Of a DNA stretch of 55,811 nt, positions 39,001-50,000 are shown piece by piece. Origin of the DNA: Prorocentrum cordatum. Taxonomy: Eukaryota. Each line of letters opens with the position of its first letter. Positions within the stretch are counted from its first letter, which is position 1. The notes beneath the pieces are model-generated. The model saw only the letters and a list, made by a program, of their open reading frames with translations, did no database searches and had not been told where the DNA came from. Where the stretch lies: NCBI GenBank assembly GCA_963575745.1, contig CAUYUJ010000130.1, positions 62,001 through 117,811 on the forward strand, read 5' to 3'. A program made the position numbers and the translations under genes.

Positions 39001-42000
39001 CCTCGGCCCGGAGCGCTTGACGCCAGACGGCCTCTTCGACCGCGCGCCCGCGGCCGCCCCAGAATGCGCCTGCTACGCCTGGGTCGATCTGGGAGTCCCA
39101 GTGCCGCGCGTCTGGCTGACGGACGCGACTCCAAAGGCGCGGCAGCCCGCCCAGCAGGCCTATGGGCCGAAAGCCCCATTGAGGCTTGGGCAGCACCACC
39201 ACGAGAGAGCCGGTGATGACGTCGGGCCAGCCGCCCGGCCCCCCGCACCGCATCCCGAAATCGATGGTGACCCCCGGGAGGGCGTCGCTGATGTCCGCTG
39301 CCTTTCTGGGGTTTAGGCGATCGCTGCCAACGCCAGTGCTGCGCCTGAACGCATTGGCGGCCTGACGCACCCGATCGGCCGAGTGCCTGGGCAGAGCCTC
39401 CGCCTCGGTGGGCGGTCGCCGCGGGTGAAAGCGATCGCTGCCCTGTCGGACCCGCCAGACCTCGGCGGTCCACTGTTGCGCCGCGACCTTCGCTCGGTCG
39501 GGGCCGTGCGCTGGGGCGCCGCGCAGCTCGTCGTCGGGTGCCCAGCCGCGCGGTCCACGCCTGCAGGCGTGGAGGCCCCCTGCGCCTGTTGCCCTGGATG
39601 TGCGGATCCACTCCTTGAGCCCCTGGCAGCGAATGGCGGCAAAAGCGGCGCCCTCCGCCTCAGCCGCGGCCCTGGCCTCGGCAGCCCATTCGGCCAGGGG
39701 CAGCAGGTCGGGGCAATCGGCCGCCAGGGCTACGCGTGCGGCCCGCTGTGCCCCCGGCGGGAGGCCCTCCATGGTCGGGGGCTTCGAGGCTGCCGCAACT
39801 GCGCGCGCACCTCTGCCGCCCGCGCTGCCGCCGCCGTTGCTGCCGTCGCAGCCGTCGTCGCTGGAATCCGACGGAAGGTCCCCGTGATACCGCATGAAAT
39901 CCTTGACGGACTGAATGTGGCTGTAGTGCTCGTCGTCCGCTACTGCCCACGCGTCAGGGCGGTTGGACTCTAGGGCGATCGCGCTGCGGTGGTGCTCGTC
40001 CCTCACAGGCTGCGCGACTGACCAGCTCTGCTCGCGCAGCTCCACGGCCCTGCTCCAGCGTGCGGCCGCTCGGTCCGTGAACGGCTGAGCCGTGCAGGTG
40101 CCTATCTCGCGCTCGCTGCCAGCGCTGCCGCTGCCTGTGGTTGCCGCTGTCGAAGCCGATGCTGCATGCCCCGCGCTGGGGGCTGCTGGGTGCCCTCCAC
40201 CTGCTGCCGCCAGTGCGGCGAAGGATCCTGGAGGGTGCTGGATCGGGATCGCGCTGGCCCCCTCCGCGGCAGCTGCCCCCAGCGCGGCCACTGATCCTCC
40301 GCCGCTGGGGCCCCCCGCGGTGTTCGCGTCGGCGGCGCCTTCGCCCTCGCACTGGCAGAGGCGTGCAAGTTTGTGGTGCGTGCACAGCTCCATCCACTCG
40401 GCCCTGTCGCGCTCCGGGCCGGGAGCCTGCAAGTGCGGGGGCCAGCCTCGCGCGATGCGCTGGAGGGTCCTCCGAACTCCTTGCGCGCCGAGCTCGATGG
40501 CGCTCCACTCGCCGAGAGCCGCCACTCCCTCTAGAGCGACGCAGGGGATAGGGGGCTGTGGCGTTGCCCGAGGGGCGCCATTCAACTTGGGCTGTGACGT
40601 CGCCCGCAGGCATCCACCCCCGGTGCGGTTCCCAATTCGTCGGGGGCCTCGTCGAAACATCGAAGGCGAAGGTGGCGCCGAGGGGCCTGCTGTAGTCGCC
40701 GCGCTCATCTAATCACCGCTTCGATTCCACGTAGCTGTCGACAGTTAGGTGGCACTCATCCTCACCATCCTCTGGATGTAGTTGGCCGAGCTGTCGGAGA
40801 ATACGAGCCAGCGCACGCCTGCCAGGGCCCCCGCGCCGCCACGCAGAAGAGCAGATCTCTCTCGCGGTGCACATGCGGTTGTCGAACTCCTACGCCAGGC
40901 CCGTGGCGACGTGCGTCGGCAAGCCCAGCATGCGGAAGACGTAGGGCGCGCACTTCTCCATGCGCTCGGCCTCGTCGTTGTAGTGGTTGGGGTTGCTAGG
41001 GTTTGAAACCCAGCTGCGCGCTCGGCGCCCCGCCGCGCGCTTGTAGCGCCTGGTGGCCCTGGCCTGCATGCGCTCGGCCTTGCGGTGTTCCGGGTCCAGC
41101 TCAAGGCGCCCTTCAACCCCGTCATCGGCCTCAGCGCCGCCTGTGAAAAGCGTCACCTGTGTGAAGTAGTCCGATAGAAGTCGGCGTCGTCAGGGTCGAT
41201 CTGGTGCGCCCAGGCGAGCTCCTCCTCTACGCCCTCGCAGAGCCCCTGGTGGGCTTCCCCCGTGCCCTCCAAAGTGCCGCTCATGTCAATCTGCTCCGAA
41301 CAGCGTTGTGCTCCCAGTGCATCCCCAGCATGGGCCCGAAAGGGCGGGCCTCCCTGGCTCCTGGTCCGCCGTACTTTGGATGATTTTCCGACCTAAAATT
41401 GTGTCGGAAATCGACGCCAAAGGAGCCTCAAGGGCGGAAATCGACGCTCAAAGGGGCCTCAAAAGTAGGGCGGAAATTTCCGCCCTATTTTCGAAATCGC
41501 CCAAAGTAGGGCGGATCAGGAGTCAGGGCTTGGGGAACGCCGTCGGCCCCTTGACCCTGAGCGACTGGCCCATGTCACCGTAGCAGGTGAGGCTGAGCTG
41601 CACTGCCATATGTGGGCGGCAAGGGTTGGCGTACTCCCGGGCGGTCATGTCCAGGCGCTTGCAGGCGAGGATTCGGTCGAACCTATCGGAGCTGACAATG
41701 AACCAGTCTAGCTCCGAGGGCTCCTTGGTCGGGGAGTGCTGGCAGGCCCCCACGCCCGTGTCAACGACGTGACCGCCGACTTTGCAGAGCCAATGCCCCG
41801 CGCGTTGAAGGAAACGCTCGGGCTCCACGTCCCAGTCGCCTGCGATGACCCACGGCTTCCCTGTGCGCCTGAGGAGGGGGCCGACCTGCTGCAGTACGGA
41901 CTGGCTGGTCTCGCCGACGTCGTCGTTGTCCAGGTAAACGGAGCCCAGCAAGAACCCGCCATATACCGCTCCATTGACATAGGCTACCGTGGCCCTTCCG

Positions 42001-42311
42001 TCAGAGACATGGCAGCTGGCCTTGCAGCCCTGATCGCGTGGGCCGCACATGCCGCGGGTGGAGCGCACTGCGACTCCAGTGCCACCGCTCACCGCGCGCT
42101 GCTGCGATGCCACCGCGGAACTCACGCCTGGGGTGAGCACCGCGCTCCAGCCGACCTGCCTGCTCACAACTCGGTAGCCGTTGAGGTGATGTTCCTGGAA
42201 GCAGATCGCGTCTCCCACGTGCGCGTCGACGACCACCTGCTGCTGAGGATCCAGCTGCTCGCCAAGGGTGGTCGCGAAGGGGCCCCAGCCGCTGCCGTTG
42301 AGGCTGACCAC
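36078..42311 (-). pseudogene. LINE-B ORF2 (APE, RT, RNase H, C-terminal Cys/His motif), disrupted
   Basis: APE: SLNGSGW, FQEHH, GSVYL, IAGDW, ELDWF, RPH. RT: GFRPIGL, IDLWNAYE, LLAGCSHA, MFDD, HLGVD. RNase H: DGSA, AELAA, IFTDC, KAH, GNHSADARA. C-terminal HELW..LFCAKCG. Confidence 0.9.
41352..41528. mobile_element. MITE family B inserted in LINE-B ORF2, 2-bp TSD (CT)
   Basis: Near-identical to 18341-18517. Removing the element and one CT restores the minus-strand frame AFPK-ARPFGPM. Confidence 0.9.
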
Positions 42312-42383
42312 CGTGAATATGGGCTTGCTACCCGCGCTTCCCCCTCCACCCGGGCCCCGCCCAGCGGAGGTTCTGGGGGAGCT

Positions 42384-43316
42384 TCAGCTCACGAGGCCCG
42401 CGCCTCTGGGCGGCCTGGGCTGCGGGGTCCCCTCGTCGAGCCCCGTCGTCGCCGCTGCCAGCGCTTGCTGCCGCGCTGCCCTCTTCTGTGGGGGCCTCGA
42501 CCTCTTCCTCCAGATGTCCAAGATGTTGCTGAAGTCGGCCTCCTCGAGCTCCTCGTCGCCGCTGTCGCGTGCTGCTGCTGCGCCCGTTGCTGCGACGCTG
42601 TGAGCCTGCCGACGAAGCTGGGAGACTTGCTTCTCCCAGTGCTGGGCGTAACCTGTGTCGAGCATGCCAGAGGCCTGGTCCAAAGCTTCCAAGAAAGCTG
42701 TAGCGCGTTCGCCCTCGCTGAGTGGGGCTGCTGGGGACCGAGGCGCTGCTGCTGTGGCGCCCGCCACCACCACTCCTTCTCCGAGTTGCTCTTCGCGCTC
42801 CTGTCTGTGCCTGGCCAAGAGGTCATCGATGAGCGCCTGGAGCTCCTTCTCCGCTGCCTTGCTCTGCTCGTGCTTGCCCTCGAACTCGAGCTTCTGCGCC
42901 TCGAGGCCCGTGATCTCCCTCGCGGTGTCCGCGATCTTCCTGTCGAGCGCCTCCGAGGTGCTCTGCTGGTTCGGCTGCTTGCGCTCGAGCTCGCTGAGCT
43001 GCACGGACGTGGGCCTCTCCACGGCGAGCTTGTGCTCCAGCTGCTGCGCCTCTTGCCGCTTGCGCGCCAGTATTTCAGCTGCGCCCTCCACTCCTTCGAG
43101 CTTCTTGATGTCGCTCCGCAACTTCCCGAGCCGCCGTGCCCTCTCGTCCTTCGGTGCGGCGTGGGTTGCTGCTGTTCGTGGGACTTCACCTCCGCGAATC
43201 AACCTGACGGATGTGCCCAGGTAGTCCCAGATCTTGCCGAAACAGCATTCCTGAGACGGCCACACCGCGAATAAACGTGACCGCTGCGTCCCGACACTCC
43301 GGAGTCGAGCCAGCAC
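42384..43316 (-). pseudogene. LINE-B ORF1: decayed N-terminal Cys motif and long coiled coil
   Basis: Lies directly upstream of the APE domain; heptad-rich E/K/Q/L sequence. Confidence 0.7.
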
Positions 43317-43356
43317 ACCGTGTCTGGGATTCTCATGGTATGAGTCCTTGAAGCGG

Positions 43357-43700
43357 TTACAGACGTTGAATTAAACCGAATATGCGCGGCGCTAAGGCTA
43401 GAACTACATTGCGCAAAAAAAAGGAACCGCCCTCCATTCTTGAAGCTGCTGCGAATTTATTGGACGAAGGCGCGCGGCGCTGAGGCGAGAGGGACATGTT
43501 GAGCACCATCCGCCCTCCATCACTGAGGCTGTTGTAGGCATTTGAGACGGATGTGCGCGGCGTCGAGGCAGGAGCCACATGCTGAAAACCAGCTGGCCTC
43601 CATCCGCGAAGCTGCTGCACGTACGTACATGGTGAGGGAGTCGCAGGCGAAAAACCTGGCCCGCCCCACTTTCTCTCCTAGCGATGCGACAGGGAGGAGC
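43357..43700 (+). repeat. Dispersed repeat family C, third copy
   Basis: TACATGGTGAGGGAGTCGCAGGCGAAAAACCTGGCCCGCCCCAC..GCGACAGGGAGG resembles 22071-22140. Confidence 0.6.
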
Positions 43701-43750
43701 TAGCCAGAAGAAAGACGGATGGACCAGGGTGAAGCTGCGGAGGAGAAGGG

Positions 43751-43809
<59 letters not shown>

Positions 43810-43811
43810 CT

Positions 43812-43855
<44 letters not shown>

Positions 43856-44423
43856 GATGATGATGATGTGATGAATGAATGATGATTATGAGAGAGGAGG
43901 AGGAGGAGGAGGGGAGAGGAGGAAGAGGATTATGATGAGGAGGAGGATGAAGGAGGAGGAGGAGCGGGCGGGATGAGAGGAAGAGGAGGGAGAAAAGAAA
44001 GAGGAGGAGGACAGGATGAGGATGAGGCTAAGGAGGAGGAGGAGGAGGAGGAGGAGAAGGAGGAGGTTGAGGAGGCGGAGGATGAGGAGGAGGAGTAGGG
44101 TGGGATGAGGTGGATGCAGTTGCTGAGCGCTTCAATCCGCCGAGCAGATGGGGAGGGGGGGTGCTGGCTCCGTCCCTTCCTTCAGGATGGAGAAGATCAT
44201 GAGGACGATGCTGATAGGGGATCATCCGTACAATTGTTATGTTCGAGTTATTACCACCATCATCTTTTCGGGTGGGGGCGTTGGTCAGGAGATGTGCCCA
44301 GGAGGCTTCAGACCTTGGGAGTGCCTTGTCTGATGAGGGCGGCGGTGATATCCATGGCCAGTCCACGATTGGAGTTCCACGGTCTTCTGGAGTCTGGATT
44401 CCTTATCCAGTGGTTCCTGATTC

Positions 44424-44436
44424 AATGCCCTCACCG
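44424..44436 (+). repeat. Target-site motif AATGCCCTCACCG, copy 1 (others at 45589-45601 and 52868-52880; 12-bp core at 53033-53044)
   Basis: Exact direct repeats at each unit junction. Confidence 0.9.
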
Positions 44437-44437
44437 T

Positions 44438-44459
44438 TCCGTAGCCATTTTGGCTCAAG
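44438..44459 (+). other. Complete dinoflagellate spliced-leader sequence (DinoSL), genomic retrocopy
   Basis: TCCGTAGCCATTTTGGCTCAAG, 22/22 to DCCGTAGCCATTTTGGCTCAAG. Followed by a possible partial relic CCGGTCTCAAG. Confidence 0.97.
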
Positions 44460-44530
44460 CCGGTCTCAAGCCCCTGGTTGCCATCTGCCTCCGCTCATGG
44501 CCGGTCCGGGCGCAGCAGCTGCTTGAGGAG

Positions 44531-45520
44531 ATGGTGACGGGAGGGGACCCCCGCAGGTCCCCACGCTCACGCGCGGAGCGCAGCGAGGCTGCGCGGCGGG
44601 CGCGCTCGGCGGCGGACGCCGCCGTGCGGCATGCCCGAGCGCGGGTGGAGGAGCTCGTGGAGCGGCTGGCCCTCGCCGAGAGGACGCTGGAGGCCTTCAC
44701 GGGCGATGCTGAGCTGGCCGACAGGCTCGCCGCGGTGGTGCCTGCACTGGGCGCGCTGGTCAACGGCGAGCAGCCCTCCTGGCTGGCGCGGCTCAGGAGG
44801 AACGTCGCGCTGCACGCCAAGGCGGGCGCCATCAAGGGGCGCATCGCAGGGGCGGCGGCGAACGAGCTCAGGAAGGCGCAGAAGCAGGAGCGCCTCGGGA
44901 AGCCCCCCTTCCTCAACCCCTCGGCGACGGAGGAGGTGCACGAGGACAAGGCGGGGGCCGCGCAGAAGCAGGGGCATGCGGCTGAGCAGGTGCAGAGGAT
45001 GCTGCACGAGAGAGAGCTGCCCCAGGCAGCGCCCGAGGACGTCCTGGGCGCGAACTGGCTGGCGCCAGGCTGCTGGCAGCCAGGCGACCCCGAGCTGGAG
45101 GCGCGGGCCTTCGGAGAGGGATTCGCATGTGGCTGGCGGCTGGCGGCGCGGCGCGCGGAGGCCTCGGAGGGTCCCCCTGCGGCTGAGGCCACGCAGGTGG
45201 TGACCATCTGGACTTGCTGTCTGGAGGCGGGGACGCGGCCCGAGATGCACGGCATCGGGATCGAGCTGCGGCGCCTCCCCAAGGACAACCAGGCCCCGCC
45301 CGAGCCCACGGCGGCGAGCGACCACTCGATAGAGTACGGCGTCCGCCTGGGCCCCACGCAGCGGCAGCAGGGCATCGACGGCGATGGCGAAATGCTGCCG
45401 CTAGCGGCCGAAGGCGGGAGCGGCGGGCCGCAGCTCGAGGGCCCCCAGGGCGCTGCGGCCGCCCGCGCCCGCGACCTCGCCGAGCTCTACGCCGCCTTCG
45501 TGGAGGAGATCGGGCGCTGA
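44531..45520 (+). CDS. Hypothetical 329-aa protein with a helical/coiled-coil N-terminal half (RLRRNVALH motif); cargo of the non-autonomous unit
   Basis: Intact ORF starting 72 nt after the SL, strong GC3 bias, stop ~65 nt before poly(A). No RT or endonuclease motifs. Confidence 0.7.
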   Translation: MVTGGDPRRSPRSRAERSEAARRARSAADAAVRHARARVEELVERLALAERTLEAFTGDAELADRLAAVVPALGALVNGEQPSWLARLRRNVALHAKAGAIKGRIAGAAANELRKAQKQERLGKPPFLNPSATEEVHEDKAGAAQKQGHAAEQVQRMLHERELPQAAPEDVLGANWLAPGCWQPGDPELEARAFGEGFACGWRLAARRAEASEGPPAAEATQVVTIWTCCLEAGTRPEMHGIGIELRRLPKDNQAPPEPTAASDHSIEYGVRLGPTQRQQGIDGDGEMLPLAAEGGSGGPQLEGPQGAAAARARDLAELYAAFVEEIGR

Positions 45521-45602
45521 GCGGTGGCGGGGCCCTAGAATGCCTGCATGAAACCGCCGTGCTCGCGCGGCGCCTACACAGATAAAAAAATGCCCTCACC
45601 GT

Positions 45603-45624
45603 TCCGTAGCCATTTTGGCTCAAG
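45603..45624 (+). other. Complete DinoSL at the 5' end of LINE-C
   Basis: TCCGTAGCCATTTTGGCTCAAG, exact match. Confidence 0.97.
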
Positions 45625-45845
45625 GCAATGAACCGTCCCGACGACCGCGAGTCTTTCGGGGCGAATTCTGAGCGCGAGGGAGGTTCCGCTTTGAGGCCAC
45701 CTTCCTTTCCAACTTGCGAGTGCTGCCACCGCAGCACCCTCCAGGACCTGCGGGTCACGCCTTCTTCCGAGTCGGTGGGCCCGCCCCCGTCGACTCCTGC
45801 CTGCCGCGCGCCCGCGGCTGAGCAGCGCGCCCGCCCGCTCCAGCG

Positions 45846-47033
45846 ATGGGGCCCAAGGCCGAGCCTGGCTTCGTCGTGTGCACGGGCTGCCGCTGCCGCT
45901 GGAACTTCCGCAAGAACGCGGAGTGCTGGCAGTGTGGGATTGGGCTGGAGCTGGCGCCCTCGAAGCCTTCGCCCCGCGTCGGGGTCTGGGCGGATGGCGG
46001 CGGCGGCGGCCCCCCGCCCGCGCGTCGTGGAGGCGGCGGCGGAGGCTCACCGAGGGATGGCGCCAAAGGCGGCAAGGGCGGCAAAGGCCGAGGTGCAGCC
46101 TCCCGTGGCGGCGGAGGCGGTGCAGCCTCCCGTGGCGTCGGCGTCGGAGGCGCGGGCGGCCGTGGTGGAGGCGCCTTCCCGAAGGCCCCTTGGTCGGCCC
46201 TGCCCGAGAGCGAGCTCGACGCGCTCCTCGCCTGCGGGGACCCCGCCATCGCGGCCAGGCTGCAGGAGGCGGTCCGCGACGCGCGGTGCTTCGTCGCGCC
46301 CGCGGCCGCCCCAGCGCCAAAGCCACTCGAGCAGCGGCTGCAGTCTGCCACGGCGAAGCGGATCAACCTCCAGCGCCAGCTCGACGAGGCGGCAGATGCG
46401 CTCGTGGCGGCGGAGGACCACCTCGCCCAGTGCCGCGGCTGGCGCGACGAGGCTGCGGTCAACCTCACGGAGGCCAAGGAGGAGGAGAACGCCCTCCTGC
46501 GCCAGCGGGCCCAGGCGGCTGGCGTTGTGGGCGCGCAGCCCGACGGAGCGAAGCAGCTCACCTTCAACTTCGACGCGGAGTCGTTCGACAACTTCGCGGA
46601 GCTGGAGGAGGAGGCGCAGGCCACCCTCAGGCGCCTCTGCGAGGAAGGGCTCCAGATCATGCAGGGCGCGCAGGCTACGTTCGAGCGCAACTGCCAGGAG
46701 CACCAGCAGCGCATCAAGCGCCAGATCGAGGAGGAGGTGGCCAAGAAGCGCAAGCGCTCCGAGGAGGGGCCTGCAGCAGCCGAGGCCGCTGGCACCCCCG
46801 AGCAGGGTGCTGCCGCCCCGCCTCAACCTTCAGGACAGGCGGCCGCCCCTGCTGCCGCCGCCGCCCCAGCCGCAGGCGCTGCGCCAGGAGCTGGACCCCC
46901 CCCAGCGGCCGCTGTGGAGAGCCGAGCGGCAGATGAGGCGGCCCGCCAGCGCGCAGCCGACCAGAAGGCCGCTGCGGCGGCCCCTCCACCTGCTGCCGGC
47001 GCTGCTGCTGGCAGTGGCCAGACCTGCGGGTAG
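45846..47033 (+). CDS. LINE-C ORF1, 395 aa: C4 zinc finger, RGG/Gly-rich tract, coiled coil, putative NLS
   Basis: CTGCRCRWNFRKNAECWQC (RanBP2-like spacing), RGGGG repeats, heptad region and KKRKR. Confidence 0.85.
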   Translation: MGPKAEPGFVVCTGCRCRWNFRKNAECWQCGIGLELAPSKPSPRVGVWADGGGGGPPPARRGGGGGGSPRDGAKGGKGGKGRGAASRGGGGGAASRGVGVGGAGGRGGGAFPKAPWSALPESELDALLACGDPAIAARLQEAVRDARCFVAPAAAPAPKPLEQRLQSATAKRINLQRQLDEAADALVAAEDHLAQCRGWRDEAAVNLTEAKEEENALLRQRAQAAGVVGAQPDGAKQLTFNFDAESFDNFAELEEEAQATLRRLCEEGLQIMQGAQATFERNCQEHQQRIKRQIEEEVAKKRKRSEEGPAAAEAAGTPEQGAAAPPQPSGQAAAPAAAAAPAAGAAPGAGPPPAAAVESRAADEAARQRAADQKAAAAAPPPAAGAAAGSGQTCG

Positions 47034-50000
47034 CGCCCTGCTGCCGGGAGGCGGCCCCGACGGCGCGGCGCCGCCCGCCCCAGTCGGGGCTGTGGAGGCA
47101 GAGGCGGCGAAGCCCAGCCGCCCCGAGGCGGCGGCGCCATCGAGAGGCGGCCTGCACGCCTACCTGGCGGCCAATGAGCAGGCCGATGCCTGGGAAGGGC
47201 TTCCCTTCAGAGTGCCGCTACTGCGCCAGGACCGGCGCTTTGATGACGCGCGCCACGACACCAAGTTCGAGGCACTCAGCAGCAGTCCAGAGCCAAGCGC
47301 TGCGGCGGACTTGGCTGGGCCCGACCGAAGGACTGGCAGTCCTCAGCCCAGCCAGGGGCCCATAAGGAATAGTGGGTACCCATTTCAAGTTGACCAGGCT
47401 ACGGGCGAGGGCGTGAGGCCCCCCGAGGTTCGGAGACCCAAGGCGGCGAGCAGCCGCCCGCCTGGCGGCCGCTCGGCCGCCGCGGCAGTCGTGAAGCCTG
47501 CGGCACAGCCTCAGCCTGGTCGACCGCAGGTCAAGCCCCTCCAGCTGGCCAAGCTGATCAGGCCAGTGGGAGCGAAGCGAGCCAGCTTCGTCACACTGAA
47601 CGGCTCGACCTGGACAGAGACGCAGGTGGAGCTGGAGCGGATCCAGGACGAAGGAGGAGGCGACGACGTCATCCTGGTGCAGGAGACACGCTTCACCTCC
47701 AGCCAGAAGGCGACTGACGCCTGCAGCTGGGCCAGGCGCAACTGTTTCAGCGCTGCCTTCGGCAGCGTCCACAGCACGGGGCAGGCGGCCCAGGCGGTCT
47801 CGGCGGGCGTCGGGGTGCTGACGTCAAAGTCTAGGGGCGTGGCGGCTATCGACCACGACTGGCACCGGCACAGTGCCCGCATCCTGGCCCGACGGGTGGC
47901 CTTCGGCGATCTCGCGGTTACGGTGGTCAGCGCCTACCTCGAGCACACGACCAGGATGGCAGGCTACAACCTGGAGCTGCTGTCGGACCTCCAGGAGTTC
48001 CTGTTCAGCCTCCACGAGCCGTTCATAGTGGGGGCCGACACTGGAATATGGACCCCAGCGTGCTCGCCGCCTCTTGGTGGCCACGGGCTGTGGGCGGGGT
48101 GGTAGTCGCGCCCACGACTTTCACCTGCGGCGACCAGATCAACGACTTCTTCGTGATCTCCACGGCGCTCGCCGGCCTCAGCCCGAAGGTGGAGGTCATC
48201 AAGCCCACAACACTGAACCCGCACGCACCAGTGCGGCTCACGTTCAGCGAGCTGGGCAGCAACGCCATGGTCTGGGTCCTCAAGACCCCCAGGGTCTTCG
48301 AGGTGGGCTCGGAGGTCTCGGCCGAGCAGCGTGAGATATCCCTGCAGGCGGCGACCCAGATCAGCTGGACAGCCCCCATCACCGACAGAGACGGCACGCC
48401 CGATGCGGCGATCAAGGAGTTCTTCGAGGCCGCGGAGCTCCACCTGATCGACCAGTTCGGCATCTACGTGGGAGAGAGGTACCAGGGCAGGGCCAAAGGT
48501 CCCCGCACCGTCAAGAAGAAGCTGGCGGACCTGCAGCGCACGGAGGCTGTCAGAAAGCTCAGCCCCATCACCAAGTGCTGGCTCTGCCTCGGGAGGATCG
48601 CCAGGCAGCTCAGGGCGGCTGCTGCGGTCTGCTCACCCCCTGTGGGGCACGTCGGCTACATCAAGCACCTGGTGCAGGTGGCAAAGAGCTTGGGGCCCAA
48701 GTTCGAGCAGGCGGGTTGCACCATGTTCGAAGGCTCGAAGCTTGACTCGCTGATAGACGTGATCCAGGAGCCCACCGAGCAAGGGCAGGCCTTCCTGCAG
48801 ATGATCGAGAGCACGACGGAGAGGCACCGCAAAGAAGACGCCAAGGCGGCCAGGCTGCGCTGGAAGGACTTCGTGGACGAGGCCTTGGCGAAGGGGGCAA
48901 AGGGCGCCCACGCAGTCATAAAGGACCGTGACCAGGTGCTGGACTCGGTGACCGCGCACTGCCCCGACAGCCTGCCGCTCCCAGTTGTTGGCCAGCAAGC
49001 CCTGGACCAGATCCTCATTGAGTGGAAGGCCCTTTGGAAAGGTGCCGACGGGGAGTGCAGGTCCAGACCAGCCGACTGGATCTGCTCCATGGAGCTGCCC
49101 CCTATCACGGCGGACGACATCCTCGAGGCGGCGAAATCGTTCCCGAAGCAGACCGCTCTGGGCTGGGATGCGTTCCACCCGCGGCTGGTCCTCTCCCTGG
49201 GCAGGCCCTTCGCCGAGAGGATGGCAGAGGTGCTCACGGCTTGGGAGCAGCAGCCACAGCCCACAGCCTTCTTCACCACGGTGATCGTCTTCCTGGGGAA
49301 GCCCGACGGAGGCCGCCGCCCGATCGGCATCATGAGCATGTGGGCGCGTATCTGGAGCAGGGTGCGCCGCCGCTACTGCGCCAAGTGGGAGGCGGACCAC
49401 CCGCTCCCCGAGGTCTGGGGCAAGGACGCGAACACCTGCTGTGACAGGGCGGCCTACCTCCACAACCTGGGGCTCGCGCTCGCCCGCCAGCTTGGCTTCG
49501 AGGCAGCCTCCGTCTACTTCGACATCAGCAAGTTCTACGAGCGGATCGACCATGACCTTCTGCGCCAGGCCGCGGAGGGCAACGGCTTCAGCGTCGGTCT
49601 GCTCAGGGCCCTCTGCGTACTCTACGCTGGGCCGCGCCGCGCCTCGGCGGACGCCGCCATCAGCGAGCCCATTGAGGTCAGCGGCACCATCATCGCGGGC
49701 TGCTCCTGCGCGACGACGCTGGCCAGGCTCATGCTGCACGGCCTCCTGCTCCAGGCCAGGGCGCTGCTGCCAGTCGGCAGGGTCGTCAACGTCATCGACG
49801 ACATAGCAGGCCACGGCATCGGGTCGGCAGCGACGCTCAGCCGAACGATCGCGAGCTTCGTCAGCGGCGTGGTCGAGATGCTGGCGGACAGGCGGCTGCC
49901 CATCAACTGGAAGAAGACGAAGGTCCTGGCCTCCTCGGCGGGCCTCCAGCGCCGCCTGCAGCGGGAACCCGACTGGCGGCTCGCGGCCGAGGCCTTTGTC

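Larger units (their letters stand above)
36078..43316 (-). mobile_element. Degenerate non-LTR retrotransposon (LINE-B): ORF1 plus APE-RT-RNase H-Zn; same broad family as LINE-C
   Basis: Collinear minus-strand ORF1 and pol fragments with multiple stops and frameshifts and a nested MITE. Termini not resolved. Confidence 0.9.
44437..45590 (+). mobile_element. Non-autonomous SL-headed, poly(A)-tailed retroposed unit, ~1.15 kb, one ORF
   Basis: Starts T+DinoSL, is intronless, ends in a LINE-C-like 3' stem-loop plus A7, and is bounded by target-motif duplications. Confidence 0.85.

Noticed and set aside
41736..43274. 512-aa plus-strand ORF and other antisense ORFs over the LINEs (e.g. 48633-50108 minus)
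   Set aside because: Shadow frames caused by the GC3 bias of the real LINE ORFs.
43295..43350. SL relic at the LINE-B 5' end (minus strand TGCTGGCTCGAC)
   Set aside because: The match is too short and degenerate to distinguish from chance, and no TSD was found.
44105..44530. N-terminal extension of the 471-aa ORF
   Set aside because: It crosses the TSD and SL junction, so the real ORF should start inside the unit, most likely at ATG 44531.
44438..45640. SL RNA genes at the two DinoSL matches
   Set aside because: Neither SL is followed by a GT donor and conserved SL intron. The downstream sequences differ and lead into ORFs ending in poly(A), as expected for retrocopies.
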